Below are positions 37,374 to 45,460 of a stretch of 64,000 nucleotides of DNA, piece by piece (the first letter of the stretch is position 1; each line of letters begins with the position of its first letter). Made by a program: the position numbers and the translations under genes. The notes beneath the pieces were generated by a model, which saw only the letters and a list, made by a program, of their open reading frames with translations, made no database searches and was not told where the DNA came from. Origin of the DNA: a virus; the IMG/VR virus record IMGVR_UViG_3300020056_002227, positions 1-64,000 of that record. The stretch is one strand, 5' to 3'.

Positions 37374-37784
37374 TTAGCTAGATGGGCATGCAGCTCCATC
37401 TGATGAGGCATCGTATTTCTCGTCACCACAACCATACTTGTTATCGTTGTTAGTATCGCATCCTCGTTGCCAATATTGCATTGTGAAAGTATAACCTTCG
37501 CTCCACGGTGTGTATGCTTTACACCACTCGTGAGTACCGAACGCTTCACCGTCAGTGCCATTATCTGGTGGCACGTAATCTACTTTTTCGGTTGGTACGA
37601 TTTTTTCATATCGCATCGTTTTACCGTTATTGTAGACTGAACGTCTCCACAACTCAGATCGCTTCGAAACGAAAACATATTCGTCTTCAGCAACCGTATA
37701 TACATCACCATTATCGTATGTAATGGTATGCGCCAATGCACTCGTCGAAACAAGTGCCATGATAACTAGCAAAAATTGCTTCAT
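37374..37784 (-). CDS. Secreted 4-Cys protein downstream of the bilin reductase
   Basis: AAGGAG RBS; MKQFLLVIMALVSTSALA signal peptide; aromatic-rich mature part. Confidence 0.75.
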   Translation of the reverse strand: MKQFLLVIMALVSTSALAHTITYDNGDVYTVAEDEYVFVSKRSELWRRSVYNNGKTMRYEKIVPTEKVDYVPPDNGTDGEAFGTHEWCKAYTPWSEGYTFTMQYWQRGCDTNNDNKYGCGDEKYDASSDGAACPSS

Positions 37785-37853
37785 TTTAGATCTCCTTAAG
37801 TTAGTAGCTGCTACGGCATGCACCCCCTCGGGATGCATGAATAGAAACTTCAT

Positions 37854-38597
37854 TTAAGGATTGGGATTGTAAAAAGTGCCTTGATCAACTGGATATAGCT
37901 TTACCTCTTCGAATAAAACGTCTTCTACATACTGCTTAATTTCTTCTTCACCCAATTTCATGGCCTTCAAAGAATTCCAGAGCTGTTGGTTCTTCTTTTG
38001 ATTGATACAGTATCTATTGTGACTTTCCATACGATCCTCGCCCAACCAAAATTGTTGGTGTTCAATCTGTTCAAGATAATAATGGATCAATCTTATTGCA
38101 GTATCACAAAACTGCTCTGTCTCTTCACCCTCACGAACGTTTCCTGCTGCAACCATATGTGGAGAGAAAATTTCTTTTGCCCATTCAGGCAATTCCCTTT
38201 CTGTTTTCCACTCCAAGTCTCTGGTCGCAAGACCAAATGTAGTAATGATGGGGTGTGTTTCGTCGGATACTGGAGAGAAATCGAAAAATGAACCGCTGAT
38301 CTTATTAGGTCCGGCCACAACATCCAATCCCAAGATCGGATAATGGAATGATGTGCCGGGAAAGATATTAATGTGCATCAACCAAAGTTTTGGTTTACCC
38401 TCAATAGGCTCAATGATTTTCAAGTGTGCCTTACGAACGGGGCCAGATTGCCAAAACAGATCTGTCCAACCTTCGAATTCGTGTATGTGTTTTTCATTAT
38501 CAAAGCGCTCCATGTGCTTATCAAATATCTCAATGATATCAGTAGACAGTTTGCGCAAACGATTCAGTAGGGGTGTGTCCATAATATATTCAGCCAT
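37854..38597 (-). CDS. Ferredoxin-dependent bilin reductase (PcyA/PcyX type)
   Basis: RKAHL, LWLMHINIFP, PILGLDVVAG, FFDFSP, RELPEWA.EIFS, YC.NQKKN. Confidence 0.9.
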   Translation of the reverse strand: MAEYIMDTPLLNRLRKLSTDIIEIFDKHMERFDNEKHIHEFEGWTDLFWQSGPVRKAHLKIIEPIEGKPKLWLMHINIFPGTSFHYPILGLDVVAGPNKISGSFFDFSPVSDETHPIITTFGLATRDLEWKTERELPEWAKEIFSPHMVAAGNVREGEETEQFCDTAIRLIHYYLEQIEHQQFWLGEDRMESHNRYCINQKKNQQLWNSLKAMKLGEEEIKQYVEDVLFEEVKLYPVDQGTFYNPNP

Positions 38598-38600
38598 TAA

Positions 38601-39146
38601 TTACTCGTTATTAAATAGTGTGTCCAATTCTTCAAACAGTTTTGTTGCGTATTGAAAACAAATAATTGCTTCATCTACCATACCATCATAAAGCAATTCA
38701 CGAATGCCAGAGATTAACTCTCTCCTGTTTTCAAATTCGTACATGGTACCAGAACCAGGTACCCTCTTCTTAATTATCTGGCCACCGTGCATATCACCGA
38801 AGTGTCGTACATAAAGGTGTGCTAGGAGGTCGTCATTGTCCTCTAGTGAAAGGATATGGTCGATATATTCATCTACGGATCTGAGGTTTTCAGTGATCCA
38901 TGGTAGATTATACTCTTCTTCTAGTTCACATAAATCTGATAATATCTTATCTGCACGGAATACACCACGAAGATCCTGTGCCAGGTGAACTCTTTCTTCA
39001 AGGGTTTGATATATCTCATACTGCGACTTTAAATAGTATTGATACTCGACCGGAGAGATATCACCACTTATTAGTTTGCCAGCAAATTTGGATTGCTCTG
39101 CCATATCGTGGTGTTTTTGAGTTAATTCTTTTAGACTAGATGCCAT
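38601..39146 (-). CDS. Heme oxygenase
   Basis: LKELT..HH..AE (proximal His), LLAHLYVRHFGDMHGGQII, EA..CF; GAGGAG RBS. Confidence 0.93.
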   Translation of the reverse strand: MASSLKELTQKHHDMAEQSKFAGKLISGDISPVEYQYYLKSQYEIYQTLEERVHLAQDLRGVFRADKILSDLCELEEEYNLPWITENLRSVDEYIDHILSLEDNDDLLAHLYVRHFGDMHGGQIIKKRVPGSGTMYEFENRRELISGIRELLYDGMVDEAIICFQYATKLFEELDTLFNNE

Positions 39147-39166
39147 ACGACTCCTCATAATAAGTT

Positions 39167-39226
39167 GGTGCCCCTGTTCGGTAGCAGGGCTGGGGCCACA
39201 CCCTGTCAAGGCTGCGACTGCCTTGA
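39167..39226 (-). promoter_or_regulatory. Structured 5' leader of the heme oxygenase operon
   Basis: UCAAGGC/GCCUUGA hairpin; CAGGGU/GCCCUG stem whose loop GCCCC can pair with downstream GGGGC. Confidence 0.5.
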
Positions 39227-39233
39227 GTGAATT

Positions 39234-39247
39234 TATTTATATAAATA
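39234..39247. promoter_or_regulatory. Overlapping divergent T4-type late promoters
   Basis: TATTTATATAAATA: TATAAATA on minus (39241-39234) and plus (39240-39247). Confidence 0.75.
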
Positions 39248-39276
39248 TTCATTATTACTTTAGTGGAGTTTTTTAA

Positions 39277-40074
39277 ATGATGCTCAATGAGCTAGCCAAA
39301 CAAGATAGAGAGCGATCTCAGGTGTTGGAATCTGGGAAGATACACGCAGTATTGGCCGCAACGGCATATGAAGATCCTACACTAGCAAAACCAATTTATA
39401 AGTCTATGGGTTTCACCGGACTCAAGTTCTTTGAGCATGATGGTGCCCAGGCTTATGCAGTTTGGAACAAAGAACATATTGTTCTTTGCTTTCGAGGCAC
39501 GGAGCCAACTGAGATCAGTGATCTAAAAGCTGATCTTAATGCTTGGCCGGATCGTGGAGAAGTTGGGGGACTTGTTCACAATGGCTTCCAAAACGAGGTA
39601 GAGAAAATCTGGAAGGATGTTCTCAAGACGATTGATTCTAAATCTCATGCCTCAAAAAAGCTGACCATGTGTGGCCATTCGCTCGGAGGGGCAATGGCTA
39701 CCGTGGCAGCGTCCAGACAAAAAGATAGAGTTCATTCTCTCTATACATTTGGTTCACCCCGTGTTGGTAATAAAGAATTTGTCAACGCATTTAGTGATGT
39801 TAAACATTATAGGTTCGTGAATAACAACGACATCGTTCCTACAGTTCCGTTCGCATGGATGGGTTATCGACATCATGGTGAATGCATGTATTTCAATTAT
39901 AAGGGTTACCTGAAAAAATTTACTTACTGGGAAGACTTCATTGACGGTTGGAAAGGTAAGTGGAGAGCCTTACAGAAAGGTCAGGTATTTGACGGATTGT
40001 ATGATCACGGTGCTAACTACTACTGTTTATATACAGCGAGCAACTATGATCAAGAGAAAGATACAAAAGGCTAG
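39277..40074 (+). CDS. Class 3 lipase
   Basis: FRGT, VHNGF, GHSLGGA, YTFGSPRVG, NNNDIVP, DH. Confidence 0.92.
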   Translation: MMLNELAKQDRERSQVLESGKIHAVLAATAYEDPTLAKPIYKSMGFTGLKFFEHDGAQAYAVWNKEHIVLCFRGTEPTEISDLKADLNAWPDRGEVGGLVHNGFQNEVEKIWKDVLKTIDSKSHASKKLTMCGHSLGGAMATVAASRQKDRVHSLYTFGSPRVGNKEFVNAFSDVKHYRFVNNNDIVPTVPFAWMGYRHHGECMYFNYKGYLKKFTYWEDFIDGWKGKWRALQKGQVFDGLYDHGANYYCLYTASNYDQEKDTKG

Positions 40075-40267
40075 AGATTTAATATTTGAAATTGTTGATC
40101 CATTTTGGGACTGGCGCATAGGTACGCCAAATGTTATTGAAAGATTAGAGCGACTAGAAAAAGATAGTCATCCACCAAAAGATCTCTGTGAGTTTGAACA
40201 GTGGGAATCTTTAGATAAACGTCTCAAACAAATAGAGCAAAAAATAAGAAAGTTGGAGAAGCAATAA
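40046..40267 (+). CDS. Hypothetical protein
   Basis: RLERLEKDSHPP motif; TAATG coupling to the next gene. Confidence 0.6.
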   Translation: MIKRKIQKARDLIFEIVDPFWDWRIGTPNVIERLERLEKDSHPPKDLCEFEQWESLDKRLKQIEQKIRKLEKQ

Positions 40268-40461
40268 TGGCTGATAACGATACTCAACGTGAGCTTATGA
40301 ATCATTACAGTAATTATTTAATGGAAGAAGCTAAGTTTGAAAGCAAAGGAGTAAAGGCTGCTGCTGCGAGGGCCAGAAAACATTTAAGTGAAATCGGTAA
40401 ACTGGCAAAGATACGCAGGGCCGAGATTCAACAAAAGAAAAACGAGATGGAGGAAAAGTAA
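40267..40461 (+). CDS. Small basic histone-like protein
   Basis: KFE.KGVKAAAARARK.L.EIGKLAK.RR.EI. Confidence 0.75.
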   Translation: MADNDTQRELMNHYSNYLMEEAKFESKGVKAAAARARKHLSEIGKLAKIRRAEIQQKKNEMEEK

Positions 40462-40622
40462 TGGATTGGTTAAAAGATCGTTTGGAAGAGCGCACTACTT
40501 GGGACGGAGCTGTTCTGATTGGTGCTGGTGTTGCATTTCTAATCTTCAAACCTATTGCAGGTTTGATTGCGTACGGTGCAATTGCTTACGGTGCATGGAC
40601 AATCTATACTAAAGAAGATTAA
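40461..40622 (+). CDS. Small two-TM membrane protein (53 aa)
   Basis: MDWLKDRLEERTTWDGAVLIGAGVAFLIFKPIAGLIAYGAIAYGAWTIYTKED; GGAGG RBS. Confidence 0.75.
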   Translation: MDWLKDRLEERTTWDGAVLIGAGVAFLIFKPIAGLIAYGAIAYGAWTIYTKED

Positions 40623-40832
40623 ATGAAATGGAAATTCTGGGAGGGCGACAGTCCTCCCACACCACCTCAGTCCATTGATGTGATGAAGGACGATACTGAT
40701 CCTTCAGAGGTTAATATTGAAAACGCATATAAGACTAGGTGGATATGGTATCATACCATTTTGGCATTGGAAATTTTGATGACGAATATATTATTGATCG
40801 CTATACTCATTGTTCTATCAATAAAATTATAA
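40623..40832 (+). CDS. Small membrane protein
   Basis: C-terminal TM helix. Confidence 0.65.
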   Translation: MKWKFWEGDSPPTPPQSIDVMKDDTDPSEVNIENAYKTRWIWYHTILALEILMTNILLIAILIVLSIKL

Positions 40833-40843
40833 GGAATTATTCA

Positions 40844-41167
40844 ATGGCAGAAGAAGAAAACAAGACATATCACCCAGCCGATACTAATGGTGACGGTAAG
40901 GTAAGTGCAGAAGAAGAGCGTATGTATCTTGAGTTTAAGAGAAAGGAACTTGAAGATGCGGATGCAATGCGAGATGCTCAACGAAGTATGACATGGTTCG
41001 CACTATTTGGATTGCTTCTTTATCCCTTTGCAGTTGTACTTGCAGACTGGATTGGTCTTGACAGTGCATCTAAAATCTTAGGTGATATGGCTGCTACCTA
41101 TTTCGTGTCTGTTGCAGCTATTGTGGCAGCATTTTTTGGTGGTCAAGCATACTCTGCTAAGAAGTAA
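40844..41167 (+). CDS. Two-TM holin-like membrane protein with an EF-hand-like loop
   Basis: DTNGDGKVSAEE; two hydrophobic segments; AAGGA RBS. Confidence 0.65.
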   Translation: MAEEENKTYHPADTNGDGKVSAEEERMYLEFKRKELEDADAMRDAQRSMTWFALFGLLLYPFAVVLADWIGLDSASKILGDMAATYFVSVAAIVAAFFGGQAYSAKK

Positions 41168-41172
41168 ACTAG

Positions 41173-41193
41173 GTGTCGGGCATTGCCCGACAC
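41173..41193. terminator. Hairpin between convergent genes
   Basis: GTGTCGGGC-ATT-GCCCGACAC. Confidence 0.7.
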
Positions 41194-41200
41194 TTCCCCA

Positions 41201-42007
41201 TCACTCATTATAATCCAAAGATTCCACCGTAAAGAATTCTTTTATGAGTTCGATGTGCTCTGGCATCTTTTTAGATACCCAGACAAAATGTTTGTCACTC
41301 ATCATTCCGGCCAAATGATAGTCGTGTTCTTCTAAAATGTCTTTGGTCTCGACCACATTATAGTCTTCGATTACGATAATTGGTTTGTATTTGTGTATCG
41401 TTCTGCGTGCACCTAAAAGAGCACTTCTTTCATGACCCTCTACATCTAACTGCATCAATACGATATTTTCAAAATCGAACATATCTACTGTATATGAATT
41501 GGTACGAGCACCATCAGTTGCAAGTTGTAGACCACCACTTATATTTCCCTCTGAATCAACATCTTGCTGTGAGAGATCTGTATTCACTAGAATAGATCCA
41601 ACCTCATCTCGTAATGCACCATGAAATAGCACCACATTAGATAGGTCGTTTTCTTGAGTAGAAAGGTTTGATAGGTAGTAATTTTCCATCACGGGTTCAA
41701 AAGCAAAAATTTTGCCTTCTGGGTTTGCCTTTGAAAAAGATGGTAGCATATCACCAAAATAAGCCCCTGCATGAAGTACATCTTTGCCGGGAATTTTCGT
41801 GCATATATGATTGACTAGTTTATGTGTGAGTTCTTCGAATAAGAACCCTCTCATAATACACCGAGAAGCAGGATTATAAAGTGTAGTCTCAGGTACGTAG
41901 AACAGATCTGGCTTTGGATCCCATAGAGTCCACCATTCAACTTTTTTATATTCTATAGGGATCCTTTTATCCCTAATCAAAACTCTAAGAAAATTTGGTT
42001 GTGTCAT
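41201..42007 (-). CDS. FkbM-family methyltransferase
   Basis: LHAGAYFG, FAFEP, LMQLDVEGHE..L.GA. Confidence 0.85.
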   Translation of the reverse strand: MTQPNFLRVLIRDKRIPIEYKKVEWWTLWDPKPDLFYVPETTLYNPASRCIMRGFLFEELTHKLVNHICTKIPGKDVLHAGAYFGDMLPSFSKANPEGKIFAFEPVMENYYLSNLSTQENDLSNVVLFHGALRDEVGSILVNTDLSQQDVDSEGNISGGLQLATDGARTNSYTVDMFDFENIVLMQLDVEGHERSALLGARRTIHKYKPIIVIEDYNVVETKDILEEHDYHLAGMMSDKHFVWVSKKMPEHIELIKEFFTVESLDYNE

Positions 42008-42033
42008 TTAATTCCCATCTCAAATACTAAAAT

Positions 42034-42109
42034 TGGTGCCGGATGCAAGAATCGAACTCGCGACCTTCTCATTACAAGTGAGCTGCTCTGCCTGCTGAGC
42101 TAATCCGGC
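42034..42109 (-). tRNA. tRNA-Thr(UGU)
   Basis: GCCGGAT..CTTGTAA loop..GTTCGATTC..ACCA, 76 nt. Confidence 0.95.
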
Positions 42110-42125
42110 TTGGTGATTTATTTAT

Positions 42126-42698
42126 TTAATCCCATAAATTCTCATAATACTTGCCAAAGAGTCTGAATCCATTTGAGATACGTTTTTGTTCTGCGCGCAT
42201 TCCTTTCATATCATCTGCATCAAAACGCATGAATACATCATCTTTATTTGCTTTACAGTCAAAAGCATAGATCATCTCATCGAGTACCCAATCCCAGCGA
42301 GCAAAAAAGAATTCGTCAGTGTCCCATTCGTTTTCTTTGGGTGGTGCACTTGTACTGCGTAGATTTTTAGGCACATCTTTATCGTCTACATTAGGGCCAC
42401 CGTGTTTGGTTTCTTTGAATTGAATCAGCATGGGAAGAATAATAGGAGCAAGCGTATGGTCCATGCTCCAAGTGTCCCAACGATCAATGTGCACTTTTAT
42501 TTTTTGTTGTCGTCTATCAAACCACAACCAGTTAAACACATTGTAAAAATCTTGGATACGATCATCCAACCAATTTAAACAGCGTTCGAATAGTGTGTAG
42601 TTTCTGGGCCAAGTCACATAACCATACTTTTTAACCATATAGTTATTGAATAGATTACACATCAGTCTGTTCGGGTAATTACCGATTTTGATTTTCAT
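42126..42698 (-). CDS. Conserved hypothetical protein
   Basis: IDRWDTWSMDHTLA.II.PML; WDWVLDEMI.AF; GFRLFGKYYENLWD. Confidence 0.8.
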   Translation of the reverse strand: MKIKIGNYPNRLMCNLFNNYMVKKYGYVTWPRNYTLFERCLNWLDDRIQDFYNVFNWLWFDRRQQKIKVHIDRWDTWSMDHTLAPIILPMLIQFKETKHGGPNVDDKDVPKNLRSTSAPPKENEWDTDEFFFARWDWVLDEMIYAFDCKANKDDVFMRFDADDMKGMRAEQKRISNGFRLFGKYYENLWD

Positions 42699-42795
42699 TA
42701 TTTTTTACCATCGAAATAATCAGTCATCCATACAGCTGCATACCATGCTGCGACAGGAATGACAAATAAAAGGATTACCGAAAAATGCCAGTATG

Positions 42796-42981
42796 TCACT
42801 CACTCTTCCTTAAAGTGTAGCCAGGATATTCTCCGGTGTCTTCACATATTAAAGTTTCTTCCCAAACTAATTCATCACCCTCACTCCAACCTACTTCAGC
42901 TAACAGTTCATCGGGGATGGGTAGAATCAGTTCTCCGGTCTCTGGATCTTCTTGAACTTTTACCGTATACTTACTCATCAT
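42796..42981 (-). CDS. AbrB/MazE-fold small protein
   Basis: GELILPIPDELL..VGW.EGD.L.W; GGAGG RBS. Confidence 0.7.
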   Translation of the reverse strand: MMSKYTVKVQEDPETGELILPIPDELLAEVGWSEGDELVWEETLICEDTGEYPGYTLRKSE

Positions 42982-42991
42982 TTCCTCCGTT

Positions 42992-43067
42992 TGGTAGGAC
43001 TGGATGGGATTGAACCATCGACCTCCCGCTTATAAGACGGATGCTCTAACCTCTGAGCTACAGTCCT
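42992..43067 (-). tRNA. tRNA-Ile(UAU)
   Basis: AGGACTG..TCCGT-CTTATAA-GCGGG..GGTTCAATCC..ACCA, 76 nt. Confidence 0.92.
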
Positions 43068-43071
43068 AAAT

Positions 43072-43148
43072 TGGTCCGAGATGAGGGATTTGAACCCCCG
43101 ACCCCCTGCTCCCAAAGCAGGTGCACTACCAAGCTGTGCTAATCTCGG
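43072..43148 (-). tRNA. tRNA-Pro(UGG)
   Basis: CCGAGAT..CCTGC-TTTGGGA-GCAGG..GGTTCAAATCC..ACCA. Confidence 0.95.
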
Positions 43149-43154
43149 GTTATC

Positions 43155-43862
43155 TTAAGAATAAAAATCATCGATGAATTGCAGCGCCACTTCCATGGTC
43201 ATACCTTCATCGTCGATAGAATAGATTTCCCTGTTACCACTCTTCTGAATCTTATCTTCGGAAATACCGAAAGATTCACAAAACTTACGAAGCTGTTTGT
43301 GCCTCATGTTTAGTACGTCATCTTTCTTTGCCCAGACTGCAACTTTAAGAGAAACAGAGTCCTCAGTAGAAACATCTAAGAAACATTGCATGTGTTGTCT
43401 CGTTGCAAGTTCCATAGAATGGTTTCCAGAGGTGATCGACATTCTATTGATTCGATTCAAAAAGACAGAATAGTTTTCGGTAAACCAATCTGGCAACGAT
43501 TCGAAATTATCGTGTTGATCTTTCTGGAACTCTTCAAAAAGTTCTGAGAATTTAGCCATTACAAAGCACTCCTTATGGTGTCCGGCTACGGAATTATCAC
43601 GTGGATCATATAATGAAATCAAGTAAGATTCAAGTATGAATGATTGCAAGTCGTCCTTATCGTCTCTAAACGATTCAAGATTTCTAGCAATGATGTATAA
43701 ATTATCTGTACTGTAATCCTTGGATTTCACATGGGAGATGGCACGATTTCTATTACCTTTCCCAATGTACACAAATTTATCATCTTCTCTGTATCCGTAT
43801 ACGTATTGACCAAGGGTTTCCCAAAAGGCCATAGGTATGGATTCAAATTCATTCTCAAACAT
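43155..43862 (-). CDS. GIY-YIG (LEM-3-like) nuclease
   Basis: YVYGY..FVYIGKG..NR..SH, then LES.LI..N. Confidence 0.65.
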   Translation of the reverse strand: MFENEFESIPMAFWETLGQYVYGYREDDKFVYIGKGNRNRAISHVKSKDYSTDNLYIIARNLESFRDDKDDLQSFILESYLISLYDPRDNSVAGHHKECFVMAKFSELFEEFQKDQHDNFESLPDWFTENYSVFLNRINRMSITSGNHSMELATRQHMQCFLDVSTEDSVSLKVAVWAKKDDVLNMRHKQLRKFCESFGISEDKIQKSGNREIYSIDDEGMTMEVALQFIDDFYS

Positions 43863-43887
43863 AAATGTCTTCCCGATTTATGTTTTC

Positions 43888-43916
43888 ATTATAATAGGAT
43901 TAAGAGTGCTTGTCAA
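43888..43916 (-). promoter_or_regulatory. sigma70-type promoter
   Basis: TTGACA-N17-TATAAT. Confidence 0.8.
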
Positions 43917-44655
43917 TAAAAATATAGTCTTTTTTATAATAATTTTTTAACCATTCTTCTTGGTGTGGAGTTATCATTTCTCGTGTGATTTTGTAGTTGG
44001 TTCTATTCATCACCTCTTCGGTCTGGAAGAATTTACCGATATCTTTTTTCCACACAAACTGAAACTCTTGGAAGTTCTTGGTATCAACAAACGAACACTG
44101 ATCGTGGAAATGATGCACTTGATGAATATCACGAATTACATCCATATTCTCAAAGAATAAGTGCCATCGGGTCTCATAGTCGAAAGTTGCAAGGTTTGTG
44201 CCATTCAGGTGATGCAAGAATGCATGATTGCCATAACTCCAATATCGCTCGGTCTCAACTAAATAAGCATTGACTGTAGAGAGAAACCTTTCGATGGGAT
44301 CAGTAAATATAACGATAGGCTTTGCAGTCCTTACAATCTCGGGATATCGCGGATCTGATCTCTTTATTGCATGACCTCTATCCCCTCGGCCGTGCTTTCC
44401 GTTGAACAATTCCTTAATGGTAACGGAACCACTTCTTGGTATCTCAAACCAATAGTTCTCTTCGTGTTCCGATAGTTTGTATAAGAGAGGCCACTTATTC
44501 TGATCGCAGTGCCAACATCTACAAAGAGTCTGTAGCGTCTTGGGTAATTGTAAGATATTAGGCCCCTGCTGTAAGTGATCAGCATTTTCGATTTTTACTG
44601 GTTGGGGGTGGCCTACTTGATTAAATTCTTTCAATAACTCATTACGATTTAACAT
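43900..44655 (-). CDS. Sulfotransferase (family 2-like)
   Basis: FEIPRSGSVT, DPIERFLS, HHF..Q, YKKDY. Confidence 0.75.
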   Translation of the reverse strand: MLNRNELLKEFNQVGHPQPVKIENADHLQQGPNILQLPKTLQTLCRCWHCDQNKWPLLYKLSEHEENYWFEIPRSGSVTIKELFNGKHGRGDRGHAIKRSDPRYPEIVRTAKPIVIFTDPIERFLSTVNAYLVETERYWSYGNHAFLHHLNGTNLATFDYETRWHLFFENMDVIRDIHQVHHFHDQCSFVDTKNFQEFQFVWKKDIGKFFQTEEVMNRTNYKITREMITPHQEEWLKNYYKKDYIFIDKHS

Positions 44656-44658
44656 TTT

Positions 44659-44841
44659 CTAGCTCAATTCAAAAATTTCATTTACCTTATCTTTTGGAAT
44701 ATCAATGATCATACCATCGTGTCGCTTCAGAATCCACTGATCGCTTCCTTCATTGTTCAGTTCATCCGGCAATTCACCTGCTTGTTCAAGCTCCACACCC
44801 TCTTTCAATGGGTGTTGATATAAGATTCTTACCTTTCTCAT
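44659..44841 (-). CDS. Hypothetical protein
   Basis: 60 aa, translationally coupled. Confidence 0.6.
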   Translation of the reverse strand: MRKVRILYQHPLKEGVELEQAGELPDELNNEGSDQWILKRHDGMIIDIPKDKVNEIFELS

Positions 44842-45065
44842 TACACCAGTACCCTATCGAATACTTGACTGGTAGAATAAGTATATTCTTTACCATTAGC
44901 ATCGTACATGGTAAATGAGTAGTTCACCTCGCGGATATGATAATCGCCACTAGCAGATTTATAAGTGGTCATCACACTCTTGTCTTGATACGATACATCA
45001 GTCTTTACAGCTGGGTTTACTCGGTAGACATCTCTAATGTCCACGACGTTGTTATTTACTTCCAT
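44841..45065 (-). CDS. Hypothetical protein
   Basis: 74 aa, overlaps neighbours. Confidence 0.6.
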   Translation of the reverse strand: MEVNNNVVDIRDVYRVNPAVKTDVSYQDKSVMTTYKSASGDYHIREVNYSFTMYDANGKEYTYSTSQVFDRVLV

Positions 45066-45276
45066 ACTTCTCTAACTCCGGTTTGTCTGCTTTATTGAAA
45101 ACGTAATTCGAATAGTCTTCAAATAATCTGAGCAACATGCCGTTCTCTTGCACCATTGCCTGGATTTGCTTTCTCTCGTTCGAACCTTTCACGTAGTACC
45201 TGTGGTCGTCGCTGTACACATAATACCAATCATGTGCTTCTAGTAGATCCCACAACTTTTGTACTTCGTTATCCAT
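45052..45276 (-). CDS. Conserved small phage protein
   Basis: L..HDWYY.YSDDHR.Y..G. Confidence 0.75.
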   Translation of the reverse strand: MDNEVQKLWDLLEAHDWYYVYSDDHRYYVKGSNERKQIQAMVQENGMLLRLFEDYSNYVFNKADKPELEKYGSK

Positions 45277-45460
45277 TCAGCACCTGTATCAAACCCCTAT
45301 CCCAATTTTCTGATACGTCTTGTGCGTAATAGAAATTGTTATCTGGTAGTTCTCTGGTTTGGATTAACTTGCCGTCTTCCCACAAATCAACCACATACAT
45401 TTCACCCGACTCTGTACTGGGTGAGGGTACCTTTCGAATCTCGCTGTGTCTAATTGTCAT
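45269..45460 (-). CDS. Hypothetical protein
   Basis: GGAG RBS; YAQDVSENW..G. Confidence 0.65.
   Translation of the reverse strand: MTIRHSEIRKVPSPSTESGEMYVVDLWEDGKLIQTRELPDNNFYYAQDVSENWDRGLIQVLNG

Noticed and set aside
38601-39209. N-terminal extensions in the ORF track (HO from 39209, ALAS from 9357, gp32 from 35781, secreted protein from 37853)
   Set aside because: Downstream ATGs have better RBS or overlap context and match family starts; the extensions run through structured UTRs or neighbouring genes
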